From: Chiloscyllium plagiosum
Taxonomy: Eukaryota
DNA: 44,492 nt
Direction of reading: 5' to 3'
Assembly (NCBI RefSeq): GCF_004010195.1
Contig: NC_057719.1
Coordinates: forward strand, 39,312,712-39,357,203
Both the position numbers and the translations under genes were made by a program. Under the pieces are notes generated by a model. That model was not told where the DNA came from and did no database searches. It saw only the letters and a program-made list of their open reading frames with translations. Below, one piece after another: positions 11,506-25,433 of this stretch (positions are counted from its first letter, which is position 1; the number at the start of each line of letters is the position of its first letter).

Positions 11506-14500
11506 CCTGAAAAATTGCACTTGGTGACAGCGGTGTTTTTATTTATACTAAAGCTGGTAATGTATTCTCATGAAACTTGATGAAAAATAATAAAGCTTTT
11601 CATGCTCATCATCTTATATCTATGCCCTCTCCCTCTGGACACATTCATCAGCAGAAATAGTCTATTCCTATGTGCATTCTATTAGTTATAAATACTTTCA
11701 TCAAATTACCCCTTAATCATAGAATGGCAATGTACAACATAAAGTTGTTCAGTTATGTAAATCTATGCTGATTCTCTAACAGCAATCTAGTTAGTTCCAC
11801 TTGCTGCTTTTTCTCATAACCCAAAATGTTTTTTCTCTTTGAAATATTTATCCAATTCCCTTTTGAAGCTACTATTGAATCAATAACCATCGAACTATAA
11901 GGCAGTACATTTCAAATCTTATTCTCATTGCGTGAAACTATTTTTCACGTCACCTTTAGTGATTTTGCTGCACATTTTAAAACATTTTTCTCTCATTATC
12001 AATGCTTCAACCATGAGAAATAATTTGTTTACTTATTTAATAAAATATTTCATTACTTTAAACATCTATCAAGAAATTAATTTCCTCAGTTCAATGAAAA
12101 CAGTTCCAATTTTCATATTTCTTATGCAGCAACAACCTACAAATCTGCACGGTGCCTCCATCTGCTGCCTCACCACTGTAATGCCCAAAGCTGCAGTACT
12201 CCAACTGTAACATCACTATAATTGTTACAAAGATTCACCCTGTATTTCAACTTTTATATTCTCAACCTCATGCCATGAACTCAGTGTTCCATTTGTGGTT
12301 TTATATTTTTGAGATTCTGCTTTTAATAGCAATGTGAATTCTCAAACTTCTTGTGCTTCCAAATCAGCCAGCTTTTCCCCATTCAAAATAAAAGTAATTT
12401 AAAATACACCATGTCACATTTATGGACACTTTATTCCTTGCTATTTTTCTATACCCATTCCACTAGTTTATCAATAAAACTTTGCAACTCCCATTGGTTT
12501 TCAGTCATTAACTCTGCCATCTATATTTCCATTTTTGCAAATTTGAACACTACCCCTTTTGCCTCTATCTAAACTAACGTGTATACTGTACATTTGATAC
12601 CACATCTATTATTTTTACATTTTCTATTAAATATTACTGTAAAACATTTATTATTTCACATACCTATATTAGTGCTGCCTGTGCTTCGCAGTTCCAATTC
12701 TGAACAAGTGGAAGTGAGAAGTTTGAAGATATTATCTATGAATTTCCTGTAACTTACCTAATCAGGATATGTGCATATTGCAATTTCTGAAAACTACCTG
12801 GGGATTCCCTGTGGTAGGTCTATACACGCTGATGGAATGTGACATAGCTGAAACTGCCTTGTTACAGATAACAAAGCACACCTTTATTCTCCTATTATAT
12901 AATGTTTGTTTGATGACATGTTCTCCTGAGGGTTGTTGAGCAGGTTCCCATTCTGCACACTATTGTTTTAAACAAAACATTTTAACTGGTAAGCACAAAA
13001 TTTATTTTAAGCTACTAAGTCTTTATGATCATGTTAATTTGCATGATCTGACATATTATAGTTGTACAGATCTATATTTGGAATGTCTCTTGCCTATCAC
13101 TGCTGGATTACAAACAAACTTATAGATAATATTTTAAATTTGTGCATGATGAATAAGCTGAGAATTTGGGGGAAGGAGTTGGCAATGAAACTGTTTTTGT
13201 CATCATTGCTAAAAGAGCTCATGGCAAATTGGATCTTAGTTTCTTACAATAAACGAGTTACTTTTCCATTATGCCTACTTTAATTTAATGTTGTATTCAG
13301 GATTTTCTAAACGATTTACTAGTTAATTTACCTTGATAAGATCACCCATTCATATTTTTTCCTCCTAAATGAGGCCTCTGACAACAAGCATCAACTTGTG
13401 ACTTTTCTCTGCATTCCTGCCAGTACTTAAATGGCTACCATGTTTCTTTGCAACCAGAAACGGAAAGAGGAGACAAGGTATTCTGTGATCAGGGTACAGC
13501 ATAGTTTCTGCTATTTTGCTTATGTCCAGTGGCAGTGTTGATTGGCTGATCTGCATCTACGAGACATATTGAACATTGAGTTATTTAAGACTTCTAAACT
13601 TCCTTTCAATTTCTTCCCTGGTTATTCTGTTATTTATAAAAGGTACACAGTGCCCATTTTCCTTCCTTTGCAGTGTCTAATATTTTTGTGTTAAAGTTTG
13701 TTGGTCATTATTTACCCCATTCACATTTTGCTAAACTCATTCTGTACTTTTTAGACAAGTTCCTTCCTTTCTACTGCTTTTGCAAGTTCAGTATGAAGTA
13801 CAAATGTCAGCAAATTTTATATATTTTAAAAATTAATATAACTATGCAAACTGGAAACAGGAACTGTGCTCCCAGGCACTCCATTTAATTCTAAACCCAA
13901 TACGGTCTGACATTATTTTCTTTTAATTTTGGGCCAATTCCCAATCAATCACTTTTTGACCCAAGCTCTTAAAGCCACGGGTAGAATTTTAAGCTTCCTT
14001 AGACAGCATGTGCGATGGCAAGCAAGTTAGAGAACTTCAGTGAAAATAGAAAAATCAGATTCTAGATATGAAGTAAAATATTTCCGATTTCCCTTTGGAA
14101 TGTAACCAATGAGTTTTGAATCTTGTTAATGAGTAGTAATGCCCTTATTTCAGGCACTTACATCTCATTATTACATAATATCAACTCATTTTTATCAATT
14201 CCCAAATCAGCCCTCCTTCCCCAAGATATTACATTGCGACAATTCCCAACATGAAGGTAGATCACTTTTGACGAGTGCTGAAAATGTGTCTTTACATCTC
14301 TACATGGTACATTATCATTCTTCTTTGGTTGGATGTAATATGTGATGTTTGTATAGAGTTTATGTTAGAATTTGGAGTTTGAACTAACAACATGTGGGTT
14401 TTGATCTGTTTGCAAGAGAGATTTTAATGGTTAACTTGTCAATATTTCTGGAGCCATGATTTTTTAAAAGCAGTATGATACAGTCTCTGGGTGATAATGG

Positions 14501-14825
14501 AAATTTGTTTGCATTGGGACAGTTTTACAAGTGCAGACAGTAAACAATGAGAAGTATTAGCTTGCTTTCAGTTTAAAAGGATCAGAGTTTTTATTTTGCT
14601 TAGGGGAAAATCCCATGGTATAGAAAGCTTTTGTTTTAAATGTGCAGCAGTCCTTGTTGAAGTTAGATGTGTGAAATAGATTCTCCTAGAGAAATTAGTT
14701 AGTCCAGAAAAGTTAGGAAATGGGTTACCTGAGTTTTATTCGAAATCTCCAGACCAGAAGTGTTTGTTTAGAACCAGGAGAGATTATTTGAAGGTGGGAA
14801 AGTCTAGGTGCAGATATGATTAATA

Positions 14826-15143
14826 AAGATTAGATTAGATTAGATTACTTAGTGTGGAAACAGGCCCTTCGGCCCAACAAGTCCACACCGACCCACCGAA
14901 GCGCACCCAACCAGACCCTACATTTACCCCTGCACCTAGCACTATAGGCAATTTAGCATGGTCAATCCACCTATCCTGCACATTTTTGGACTGTGGGAGG
15001 AAACCGGAGCACCCGGAGGAAACCCACGCAGACACGGGGAGAGTGTGCAAACTCCACACAGTCAGTCGCCTGAGGCGGGAATTGAACCCGGGTCTCTGGC
15101 GCTGTGAGGCAGCAGTGCTAACCACTGTGCCATCGTGCTGCCC
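14826..15143 (-). mobile_element. Young HE1-type SINE with (TAATC)n tail
   Basis: CpGs retained, intact A/B boxes, gattagattagattagatta tail, short ataaa(a)g flanking repeat. Confidence 0.95.
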
Positions 15144-15623
15144 ATAAAAGCTACACAACTTTCAAGGAATGGAAAGAAACAGGCCTAATAATGTAAGAGA
15201 ATGGATTCTCTCTATTGTTTGCGTACTGTAACATAATGGTGTTGAGCGAGATGAGATTGTATTTACTGTTTCTCAAAATCCTTAGATGTAAATAGAGTTA
15301 TAGAGATGTACAGCAAGGAAACAGACCCTGTGGTCCAACTCATCCATGCCGACCAGATATCCTAAATTAATCCATTTGCCAGCATATCCCTCTAAAACCT
15401 TCCTATTCATATACCCATCCAGATGCTTTTTAAATGTTGTAATTGTACCTCTGCCACTTCCTCTGGCAGCTCATTACATACACACAACCATCCTCTCTGT
15501 GAAAGAGTTGTCCCGTAGGTTGCTTTTAATTTTTTCCCCTCACATTAAACCTATGCCCTCTAGTTTTGGACTCCCCTACCTCAGGAAAAAGTCCTTGGCT
15601 ATTCATCTTATCTATGCTCCTCA

Positions 15624-18600
15624 CAGAAACATAGAAAATAGGTGCATGAGTAGGCCATTCAGCCCTTCATGCCATCATTCAATACAATTATGGCTGATCA
15701 TGCAATCTTAGTATCTCATTCCTGCCCTTTCCCTATATCCCTTGATCCCTATAGCCACAAAGGCCACACCCAGTTCCCTCTTGAATATATCCAATGAACT
15801 GGCCCCAACAGCACCATGTGGGAGAGAATTCCACAAGTTCACAACTCTGAATGAAGAAATTCATCCTCATCTCAGTCCTGAATGTCTTACTACTTATTCT
15901 TAGACTATGATACTTTGTTCAGGACTTCCTCAACATTGGGAACATACTTCCTGCACCCAGCCTGTCCAGTCCCATCAGGATTTTGTATGTTTCTATGTGA
16001 TCTCCTCTCAATCTTCTGAATTCTAGCGAATACAAACCCAGTCGATCCAGTCTTTCATCATGTGTCAGTCCCACCATCCTGGGAATCAGTCTGGTGAACC
16101 TTTGCTGGACTCACTCAACAGCAAGAATGTCCTTCCTCAAACTGGAAGACTCAAAACTGCACACAATACTTAAGGTGTGGCCTCACCTCGGCCCTGTATA
16201 ACTGCAGCAAGACATCCTTACTCCGATACTCAAATCCTCTCACTATGAAGGACAGCATGCCATTAGCTTTTCCCATTGCCTGCTGCACCTGCATACCAAC
16301 CTTCAGCGACTGTTCCACCATGATACCAAGGTCTCATTGTACCTCACCTTCTCCAAAACTGCCATCATTCAGAAAATAATCCACCTGCCTGTTTGTGACT
16401 CAAGTGGATAATCTCGCATTTATACACATTATATTGCATTTGCCAAGTATTTGCCCACTCGGCCAACCTGTCCAAGCACCTTCCAACTTCTTAGCATCCT
16501 CCTTACAGCGCACACTGCCACCCATTTTAGTGTCATTTGCAAATTTGGAGATATGGCATTCAATTCCTTTATCCAAATCCTTAACATATATTGTGAATAG
16601 CTGAGGTCCCAGCACTGAACCCTGGAGCACCCTACTCATCACTGCCTGCTACTTTGAAAAGGATCCATTTATTCCAACTCCCTGCTTCCTGTCTGTCAGC
16701 CAGTTCGCTATCCATATCAATACACTACCTCCAACACCATGAATTTTAATTTTCATGACTAATTTCTTGTGTGGGATCTTGTTAAAAACCTTTTGAAAGT
16801 CCATATTATCAACATCTACTGATTTACCATTGTCTATTCCATGTCAAGCATGATATCCCTTTAGTGAATCCATGCTGACTAGGACTGATTCAGTCACCAC
16901 TTTTCAAATGATCAGTTATTATATCCTTAATGATTTGACTCCAGTATTTTCCCCACCACCAATGTCAGGCTAACCAGCCTATAATTCCCCATTATCTCTC
17001 TCCCTCTTTTTTCACAGAGTGGAGTTACATTAGCTACCCTCCAGTCAATTGGAACTCTTCTAGAGACTACAGAATGCTGGAAAATGATCATCAATGCATC
17101 CGCTATTTCTCAGGCCGCTTCCTTAAATACTCTGGGATGCAAAGCATCAGGCCCTGAGGACTTATCGTTTTAATCCATCAATTTCTCCCAATACCATTTC
17201 CTGACTAATAAGGATTCCTTCCAGTTCCTCCTTCACGCTTGATCCTCCATCCCTTGGCATTTACTGAAGGTTATTTATGTCCTCCTTAGTGAAGACAGAT
17301 CTAAAATATTTGTTCAACTGGTCTGCCATTTCTTTGTTGTCCATTATGAATTCACCTTATTCTAACAGCAAGGGACCTACATTTGTCTTTACCAGTCTTT
17401 CTCTTCACATATCTGTAGAAGCTTTTGCAGTCAGATTTAATGCTTTCCACAAGCTTACTTTCATATTTTATTTTCTCTTTCTGAATTAAACCATTTGTCC
17501 TCCTCTGCTGAATTTTAAATTTCTCCCAGTCCTCAGGTTTGCTGGCCAAATTATATGCTTCTTCTTTGGTCTAACACTGCTCCTGATTTGCCTTGTTAGC
17601 CATGGTTAAGCCACCTTCCCTGATTTACTGTTACACCTGACAGGGATGTACAATTGTTGAAGTTCATCCATGTGTTCTTTAAGTGTGTGCCATTGCCTCT
17701 TAAGTATCCTTGGCAAGTTTATCCTAACCAATATATGCCTCAAAATATCAAAGTTAGCTTTCTTTAAGTTCAGGACCCTAGTTTCAGATTTAATTGTGTC
17801 ACTCTGCATCTTAATGAAGAATTCTACCATACTACAGTCATTCTTCCCCAAAGGATCTCGCACCACAATGTTGCTAACTAATTCTCCTTCATTACATAAT
17901 ACCGTGTCTAGGATGGCTTGCTCTCCAATTGGTTCCACAAAAAATTGGTCAAGGAAACCATCCTTAATACATTCCAGGAAATCCTCCTCCATCGGATTGC
18001 TATCAGTTTGGTCGTCTAATCAATACGTAGATTGAAGTCGCCCATAATAACTACCCTTACTGCAGGCATCTCTAATTTCCTGTTTGATACAGTCCCCAAT
18101 ATTACAGCTACTGTTTGGTGGTCTGTACACTACTCCTACTAACATCTTTTTTCCTTTGGTGTTGCGCAGCGCCACCCATACAGATTCCACATCATCCAGG
18201 CTAATGTCCTCCCTTAATATTATGTTAATCTCCTCCTTAACCAGGAATGCTACCCCACCTCCCTTTCCTGTCTGTATGTCTTTCCTGAAAAATCGAACAA
18301 CCCTGGATGTTGAGTTCCCATCCTTGGTCACCTTGGAGCCAGGTCTCTGTGATCCCAATTACATCATATCCATTAATAACAGTTTGCGCAGTTAATTCAT
18401 CCACTTTATTACAACTGGTCCTCACATTGAGACACAGAGCCTTTGGGGTCATTTTTTTGATATTTATTGTTATTTAGGAGTCATTGTGAAATATGGCCCT
18501 TTTTGATTTTTGTCTTTAGTTTCTCTGCCTTCAGTTTCACTTCCCCTTACTGTCCTTTGTTTCTGTTCCCATTTTACTTCCTTCTGTGGTTTCCATGGCC

Positions 18601-19890
18601 CTGTCATATTAGTTTAAACCTTTCCCAACAACACTAACAAACACTTCCCCCAGGACATTGGTTCCAGTCCTGCCAAGAAGAAGACTGTCCTGTCTGTACT
18701 GGTCCCACTTCTCCAGAGCCGTTTCCAATGTCCCAAGAATTTGAATCCCCCCCTCTTGCACCATCCTTCAAGTCATATATTCATCTTCGCTATCTTGCCA
18801 TTCCACCTCTGGCTAGCATGTGGCATTGGTAGCAACCCCGAGATTACTACCTATTGAGGTCCTACTTTTTGGGTTAACTCCGAACTCCTTAAATTCAGCT
18901 TGTAGGACATCATCCTGTTTTTTTCCTCGCATATGTACTTAGTGACCACAACAGCTGGCTGTTCTCCTACCACCTCCACATTCTCAACATCCACTTTCGT
19001 CCACAACCCCCAGGATATCCTGCAGCTGGTCTGAGAAATCCTTGACCCTTGCACAAGGGTGGCAATATACCATCCTGCACTCTTATTTGGGGACACGGAA
19101 AACCTATCCATATAGCTCTTTTTCCTGCCCTCCTGTGCATTCAGCCACAGTGCCATGAACCTGGCTGCTGCCACCCTCCCCTGGTGAACCATTCTACCCA
19201 ACAGTATCTAAAACACTGCCTTCTTAACCTTTCGCTGTCTGTTGGTCACCCATTCCCTACATTGTTCAGTCATTTTTATCTGTGGTGTGACCAAGTTACT
19301 GAACATGCTATCCATGATTCCCTCAGCCTCGCGCATACTCCAAAGTTAATCGAAGCTGCAGCTGCAGCTCCAGATCTGTCAAGTGATCTGACAGGAGCTG
19401 CAGCTGGACTCACTTCCGGCACGTGAAGGAGTCAGAGACATCAGAACAGTCCCTGAATTCCCATATCACACAGGTGGAGCATGACTCTCGTGCCATGACT
19501 TAACCCTTAAGTTAACAACAGTAGCAAAAATGAGAGAAAATAAGAGAAGGAAAACTACTCACCAGTCACTCACTTATCTGCTGCCTGTGACTTCACAGTT
19601 AAACGTCCTTCTACTTCTCCCTTACCTTTTGTCACCGAAGCCAGGTATTCTCTTAAGCCTACCTTTAAACCTCTAGCAGCACTCCAACCACAAAGCTGCC
19701 CTTCTGAAAATGGCTGCTCCAAAAATAGCCATCTACTATAGGTTGCCTTACTTTTATTCACTCCTGGACAGTGACTGAGGTGACTCTTCCCAGAATAGTT
19801 TTCAGCAGCACCCTCTTTGTTGGAAGCCCTTGCATGGTTCACTAAGACCAGCTCTTCACTCACCTCCCCAGTCGCAGTGACTGAGATGCA
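15624..19890 (-). mobile_element. Near full-length degenerate CR1 LINE (element D)
   Basis: ORF1 MARESCSTCVIWEF...FTCRK at ~19495; APE ALCLNVRTSCNKVDEL, ITETWL, GVVYRPPNS (18020-18452); RT QGSVLGPQLF...SKFANDTK (16400-16642); 3' tail at 15624. Confidence 0.9.
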
Positions 19891-20810
19891 TCATAAAGTC
19901 ATAGAGATGTTTGGCACAGAGTCCTTCCAGAATCCTTCTCAGAAGTGCCCTCATGATTTTATAAACTTCTATATGGTCACCCCTCAGCCTCAATCTCCAG
20001 GAAAGATAGCCCCAGCCTATTCAGCCTCTTCCTATAGCTCAAACCCTTCAACCCTGCCAACATCTTTGTAAATCTTTTCTGAACCCTTTCAAATTTCACA
20101 ATATCCTTTCTATAGCAGGGAAACCAAAATTGAACACACTATTCCAAAAGTGGCCTAACGAATGCCCTGTATAGCCTCAACATGACCTCCCAACTCAATC
20201 AATACACTGACCAATAAAGACAAACACTTTTCCACTATCCTGTCTAGTTGCAACTATACTTTCAAGGAACTATGAACCTGCACTGCAAGATCTCTCTCTT
20301 CAGCAACATTCCCCAGTATCTTACCATTAAGTGTATAAATCCTGCCCTGATTTGCCTTTCCAAAATGCAGCACCTCACATTTATCTAAACTAAACCCCAT
20401 CTACCACTCCTCAACCCATTGGCCCATTTGATCAAGGGCCCATTGCATTCTGAAGTAATCTTCTTCACTGCTCACTACACCTCCAATTTTGGTGTCCGCT
20501 GCAAACTTACTAACCATACCTCATATGTTCGCAACCAAAACATTCATATAAATGACAAAAAGCAGTGGACCCAGCACCGATCCTTGTGGCAACTGCTGGT
20601 CATAGGTCCCCAGGCTGAAAAGCAAGTCTCCACCAAACCCTCTGAACTCCTACCTTTGAGACAGTTCTGTATCCAAATGGCTGGTTCTCCCTGTATTCCA
20701 TGTGATTTAACCTACCAACCAGTCTACCATGAGGAACCTTACTGAAGTCCATGTAGATCATGCCCACTGCTCTGCCTTAAAACCTAATCATTACTTCTTC
20801 AAAAACCCAA

Positions 20811-21975
20811 TGTTCCCATTGAACCAACAGATCCATGTCAGATGCCACATCACTTGCCCTTCACTCTTCCCTAGAACATCTTGACACCAAGAACAGCTAC
20901 GCAAGAATCCTACCCATTGACTACAGTTCAGGCTTCAAAACTATTATCCCCTCCAGACTGATTACTAAACTTAGTGATCTCAGACTAAGCACACTTTCTG
21001 CAACTAGATCCTCAGTTTTCTGACCCACAGGCCACAATCAGTGAAGATATATCTTCACTAACACTCAACACTGGAGTCCCCCAGGGGTGCATACTCAGCC
21101 CCCTACTGTACTCACTGTATATCCATGATTGCGTCGCCAAATACCAGACTAATGCCATTTACAAAAATTCGCTGATGACACCACCATAGTCAGTTGAATC
21201 TCAGATAGCAACGATACAGACTACCATCGGGAGATGGAAGACCTGGAAAAATGGTGCACTGAAACAACCTAGCTCTCAATTCGAGTAAAACCAAGGCACT
21301 CATTATTGACTTTCGGCCGGATGTTACTCATACCCCTCTACACATTAACAGCACAGAGGTAAAACGAGTGCAGAGTATCAAGCTCCTGGGTGTGGCCATC
21401 AACAACAAACTTTCTTGGACTCTTCATGTGGATGCACTGGTTACAAAGGCCCAACAACGTCTCTTCTTCCTCAGGCAGCTGAGAAAATTTGGCATGATGG
21501 CGAATACGCTTGCCAACTTTCACAGTTGCGCCATCGAGAGCATTCTATCTCAATGTATCGGTACCTGGTACGGCAACTCAACCATTCAAGATCGGAGACG
21601 GTTACAGGGAGTGGTGAACTCGGCCCAGACAATCACAAAAGTCAACCTCCCATCTATAGAATCCACCTACCAGGCCCGCTGTCAAGAAAAGGCCGCCAGC
21701 ATTCTCAAAGATACATCCCAACCTGGCAATGCTTTTCTACAACCTCTACCATTGGGGAGAAGATAGAGAAGCTTGAACACACCCATCAGCTGGTTTTGTT
21801 ACAGTTTCAACCCTACTGTTGTTAGAATACTGAATGGACTCAAATTCTTAACATGCGCCTGTACCTATGTTTTGGTTTTTGCCACTGTTTACCTATTATT
21901 TGCTTACTTATGCAATTTAACTATGTGATCTGCCTGTATTGCTTACAAGTACACGTGACAATAAATTCAATTCAA
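20811..21975 (+). mobile_element. 5'-truncated Rex1/Babar-clade LINE
   Basis: [53 protein letters not shown] and KAQQRLFFLRQLRKF are Rex1-type RT signatures; 3' end gtgacaataaattcaattcaa. Confidence 0.85.
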
Positions 21976-23163
21976 TCAAGTTAGTGAAACATGATTTCCC
22001 ACATACAAAGCCATGTTGACTATCTCTCATCAGTCTTCATTTCTTTTGTGTGATAAGCTTCTGTTTAATTTTTGAAGTTAGATCTGCAACATTCCATACT
22101 TGTGTATCAATGTGAAACCACCTCCCTTAAGTTGAAAAGAGAGCTATCAAGCCACATTTCAGTTTGGGATCAAAATTGCCCAGTAACAACATCAGCTGGG
22201 ATTGTAACCATTGTACCTTTCGTTGTGATCATTGTTTGGATTCCTTACAAGTGTCATCCACCACTTGAGAGGGTAGTCTTGATCTGCTGCACTGTAGGAT
22301 TCTATGATTCAAGGAGACATTCACTTGTTTTGTTTTGAGGAATGAGAATCTCAGGAAGTTGACCAGTATAGAACAAAAGTATAATGGTAGCTACCTGGTG
22401 GTCTTTTGGTGGTTACAGGCAAGTTAGAATTGATTCCATTTTCATTAATGAAGGCTCTAAGGGATCTAGAGGCATGGTAAGATGTGGAGTGTTCACTTTA
22501 ACCTTAATTATAGAAGGATCTTTTACCTCTGACTAGTTACAAAATCACCTTGGCATATACTTTCACATTTTACAGAAGTCATCAAGTTTATCATGCTAGA
22601 TACGGAAGAATTATACTTAATAAACCCTGTGGAACTATTTGGTCCACTTAGAGAGCACCAGCTCGTACACCTGGCTCCTTGTATTCTGTTGATTGAAGTC
22701 TGTTTTTCTTCTTTACTTTTGCACCTAGCTGCTAAATGTTACTGCATATTAATCCTTGCTAGTCACTACCTCTGATTGGCTTGCAGTTGCATGAACAGCA
22801 TATGATTAGTCTCAGTTTGGCAAGGCAGTCTATGACCAATAACTCATTTTTTCCACCAAACTCACATAATTTCGTGTTATTTTCTGCCAAGTTCCCTAAG
22901 GTGTTACTAACCTTTTAAAAGGACAGTACTATCTCTTTTACAGATTATATTTTTCCAGAAATAGATGGGGGAACAGGCTTTAGGAGAATTCTTATTGGAC
23001 CGTATTAGATATGTTCCAAGAATCAAATTTATTGCACTGAATTTGTACAGCCTAGATTGTCTAAAAAGAAATCGCTATATAGCTAACTGAGGCAATAATG
23101 TAAGAAATACATGGTGGTAGTATCCTTACCTCTGAGCCAGAATTTGGTTTCAAATCCCTCCTG

Positions 23164-24863
23164 GGAGAAAGTGAGGACTGCAGATGCTGGAGATCAGAGT
23201 CGAAAGTATGGTGCTAGAAGTCAGGCAGCATCCAAGGAGCAGGAGAGTCGATGTTTCTGGCATAAGCCCTTCATCAGGAATGTGGGCTGGGGGCTGAGAG
23301 ATAAATGGGAGAGGGTGGGGCAGGGGGGAAGGTAGCTGAGAATGGGATAGGTAGATGAAGATTGGGAAGAAGGTGATAGGTCAGAGAGAAGGGTGGAGTG
23401 GATAGATGGGAAAGTTGATGGACAGGTTAAGAGGGTGGTGCCGAGTTGGAGGTTTGGGACTGGGATAATGTGGGGGGAGGGGAAATGTGGAAACTGATGG
23501 AATCCACAATGATCTCATATGGTTGCAGGGTCTCAAGGCAGAATATGAGTCATTCTTCCTCCAGACGTCGGGTGGTAAGTGTTAAGTAATGGAGGAAGCC
23601 CAGGACCTGCATAGCCTTGGCGGAATAGGAGGGGAAGTTGAAGTGTTCAGCCACGGGGTGGTGGGGTTGGTTGGTGCAGGTGTCCCAGAGGTGTTCTCTG
23701 AAATAATCCACAAGTTGGTGTCTTGCCTCCTCGATGTAGAGGAGACCACATCAGATGCAAAGGACATAGTAGATGACATTGGTGGAGGTTAAAGCAAATG
23801 TCGTGTCAGATATGGAAGGATCCTTGGGGGCCTTGGACGGAGGTGACGGGGGAGGTGTGGCACAGGTTTTGCACTTCCTGCGGTGGAAGGGGAAGGTGCT
23901 GGGAGTGGGATTGATCTTGGAGGGAGAGTGTGGAGTTGCCGAGAGAGTTGCGGGGAGATTGGTCTCTCTGGAATGATAATAGGGATGCAGAGGTAAATAT
24001 ATCTCTGATGGTGGGGTCCATTTGTAGGTGGCAGAAGTGGCGGAGGATGATGTGATGTATACAGAGGTTGTGGGGTGGAAGGTGAGGAAGAGGGGCGTTC
24101 TGTCCTTGTTGTGTTGGGAGGGATGGGGTTTGAGGGCGGAAGTGTGAGAAGTGGAGGATATGCGCTGGAGGGCATCATCGACCACGTGGGGGTGAAATTG
24201 CGGTCTTTGAAGAAGGTTATCTAGAATTTTCTAAGGTAGAAGTGGTCATCCTGGGAACACATGCGACGGAGGCAGAGGAATTGAGAATAAGAGATGGCGT
24301 TTGTACAGGAGGTAGAGTGGGAGAAGATGTAGTCCAGGTAGCCGTAGGAGTCGATGGACTTGAGTAGATGTCCGTAGTTGGTCGATTGCTGGAAATGGAG
24401 ATGGAGAGGTCCAGGAAGGGGAGGGAGGTGTCCAGGAGAATTTGAGGTCAGGATGAAAGGTCTTAATGAAGTTGATGAACTGTTCAACCTCCTCGTGAGA
24501 CCACAAGGTGGCACCAATACAGTCGTCGATGTAGCGGAGTAACAGGTTGGGAGTGGCGCCTGTGTAGCTGTGGAAGATGGAATGTTCCATGTAGCTAACA
24601 AAGAGGCAGGATTATCTGTTTGGTTTGATGGAAGTGGGAGGATTGGAAGCAGAAGTTGTTAAGGTGAGGACCAGTTCAGCCAGGCGGATGAAGGTGTCAT
24701 TGGAAGATTACTGGTTGGGACGGCGTGACAGGAAGAAACGGAGGGCTTGGAGGCCTTCGTCGTGGCAAATGGATATGTACAGGGACTGGATGTCCATGGT
24801 GAAGATGAGGCATTGGAGCCAGGGAAATGAAAGTCTTGGAGGTGGTGAAGGGCGTGGGTGGTG
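23164..24863 (-). mobile_element. Penelope-like retroelement, family A: decayed RT plus GIY-YIG endonuclease and 3' pLTR
   Basis: RT motifs FTMDIQSLYISI and LLRYIDDCIG; CCHH-like linker (RRKCKTC); GIY-YIG NVIY...CGLLYI.E, VAEHFN, LEEE.LIF.LETLQP. Inserted into a short SINE with a degenerate tccctcctg / tcccatctg repeat. Confidence 0.92.
23247..23280 (-). ncRNA. Minimal hammerhead-like motif in the PLE pLTR, family A
   Basis: Reverse complement ttcCTGATGA-a-gggc-ttat-gcca-GAAAcatcgac, sense to the PLE ORF and downstream of it. Confidence 0.7.
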
Positions 24864-25149
24864 TCCCATCTGTTCCACAGGTGTATAATAGCCTTTTTGA
24901 ACTGAAAAAAAGGAAGGTATCATTGCAAAGTATTTAGGAAACACAAGTCACAAGAACTACATTCAAAACTATATTACAAAACCTAATTTCAAAAGAGGTT
25001 AGTAACATATTTTAAAGAATGTGGCTGTTGCTCTTTTAAGCACTTTAAGTTAAAAAGCGAAGCCAATTCAGGCCAAGAACTGTGACCTCAAACAAAGCTG
25101 TTTACTTGCCACAATTTACATTGACTTTTTTTAAAAATCCTATTTTCGT

Positions 25150-25238
25150 AATCAACCTGCTCAGATCTGGAGCAAGTGGGACTTAAAATGGGCCTCCCAA
25201 TCCAGGGGTAGGGACACTACCATCATGCCACAAGAGCC
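25150..25238 (-). mobile_element. Short tRNA-derived SINE-like element
   Basis: Homologous to 9847-9947 (gtagggacactacca...ccacaagagccc). Confidence 0.65.
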
Positions 25239-25433
25239 CACCTCCCCCCGGGAAGATGTCATCCCTGAGTGGTCTCATATCACCAAATTTCCAGCTGAAC
25301 ATTAAACTACAAAATGGCCTCACATTCATCCCAACATCAAACAATAAACTCATGACTTTACTTTTAACTGGAAACCATACGTTGATTCCCTCTTGACAGC
25401 AGCAACATAGCTACCAAGGTCTCTGTAGTGTGA

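Larger units (their letters stand above)
15295..22037 (-). mobile_element. HER1/CR1-type 3' half split into three pieces (15295-15623, 19947-20810, 21975-22037)
   Basis: The pieces join colinearly with the uninterrupted copy at 25434-26545 (tatgc(t)cctca|tgattttataaac; aaaacccaat|caagttagtgaaacatg). Confidence 0.8.

Noticed and set aside
22576..22775. Plus-strand acceptor followed by a 60-aa ORF
   Set aside because: No homology recognised and no supporting partner exons.
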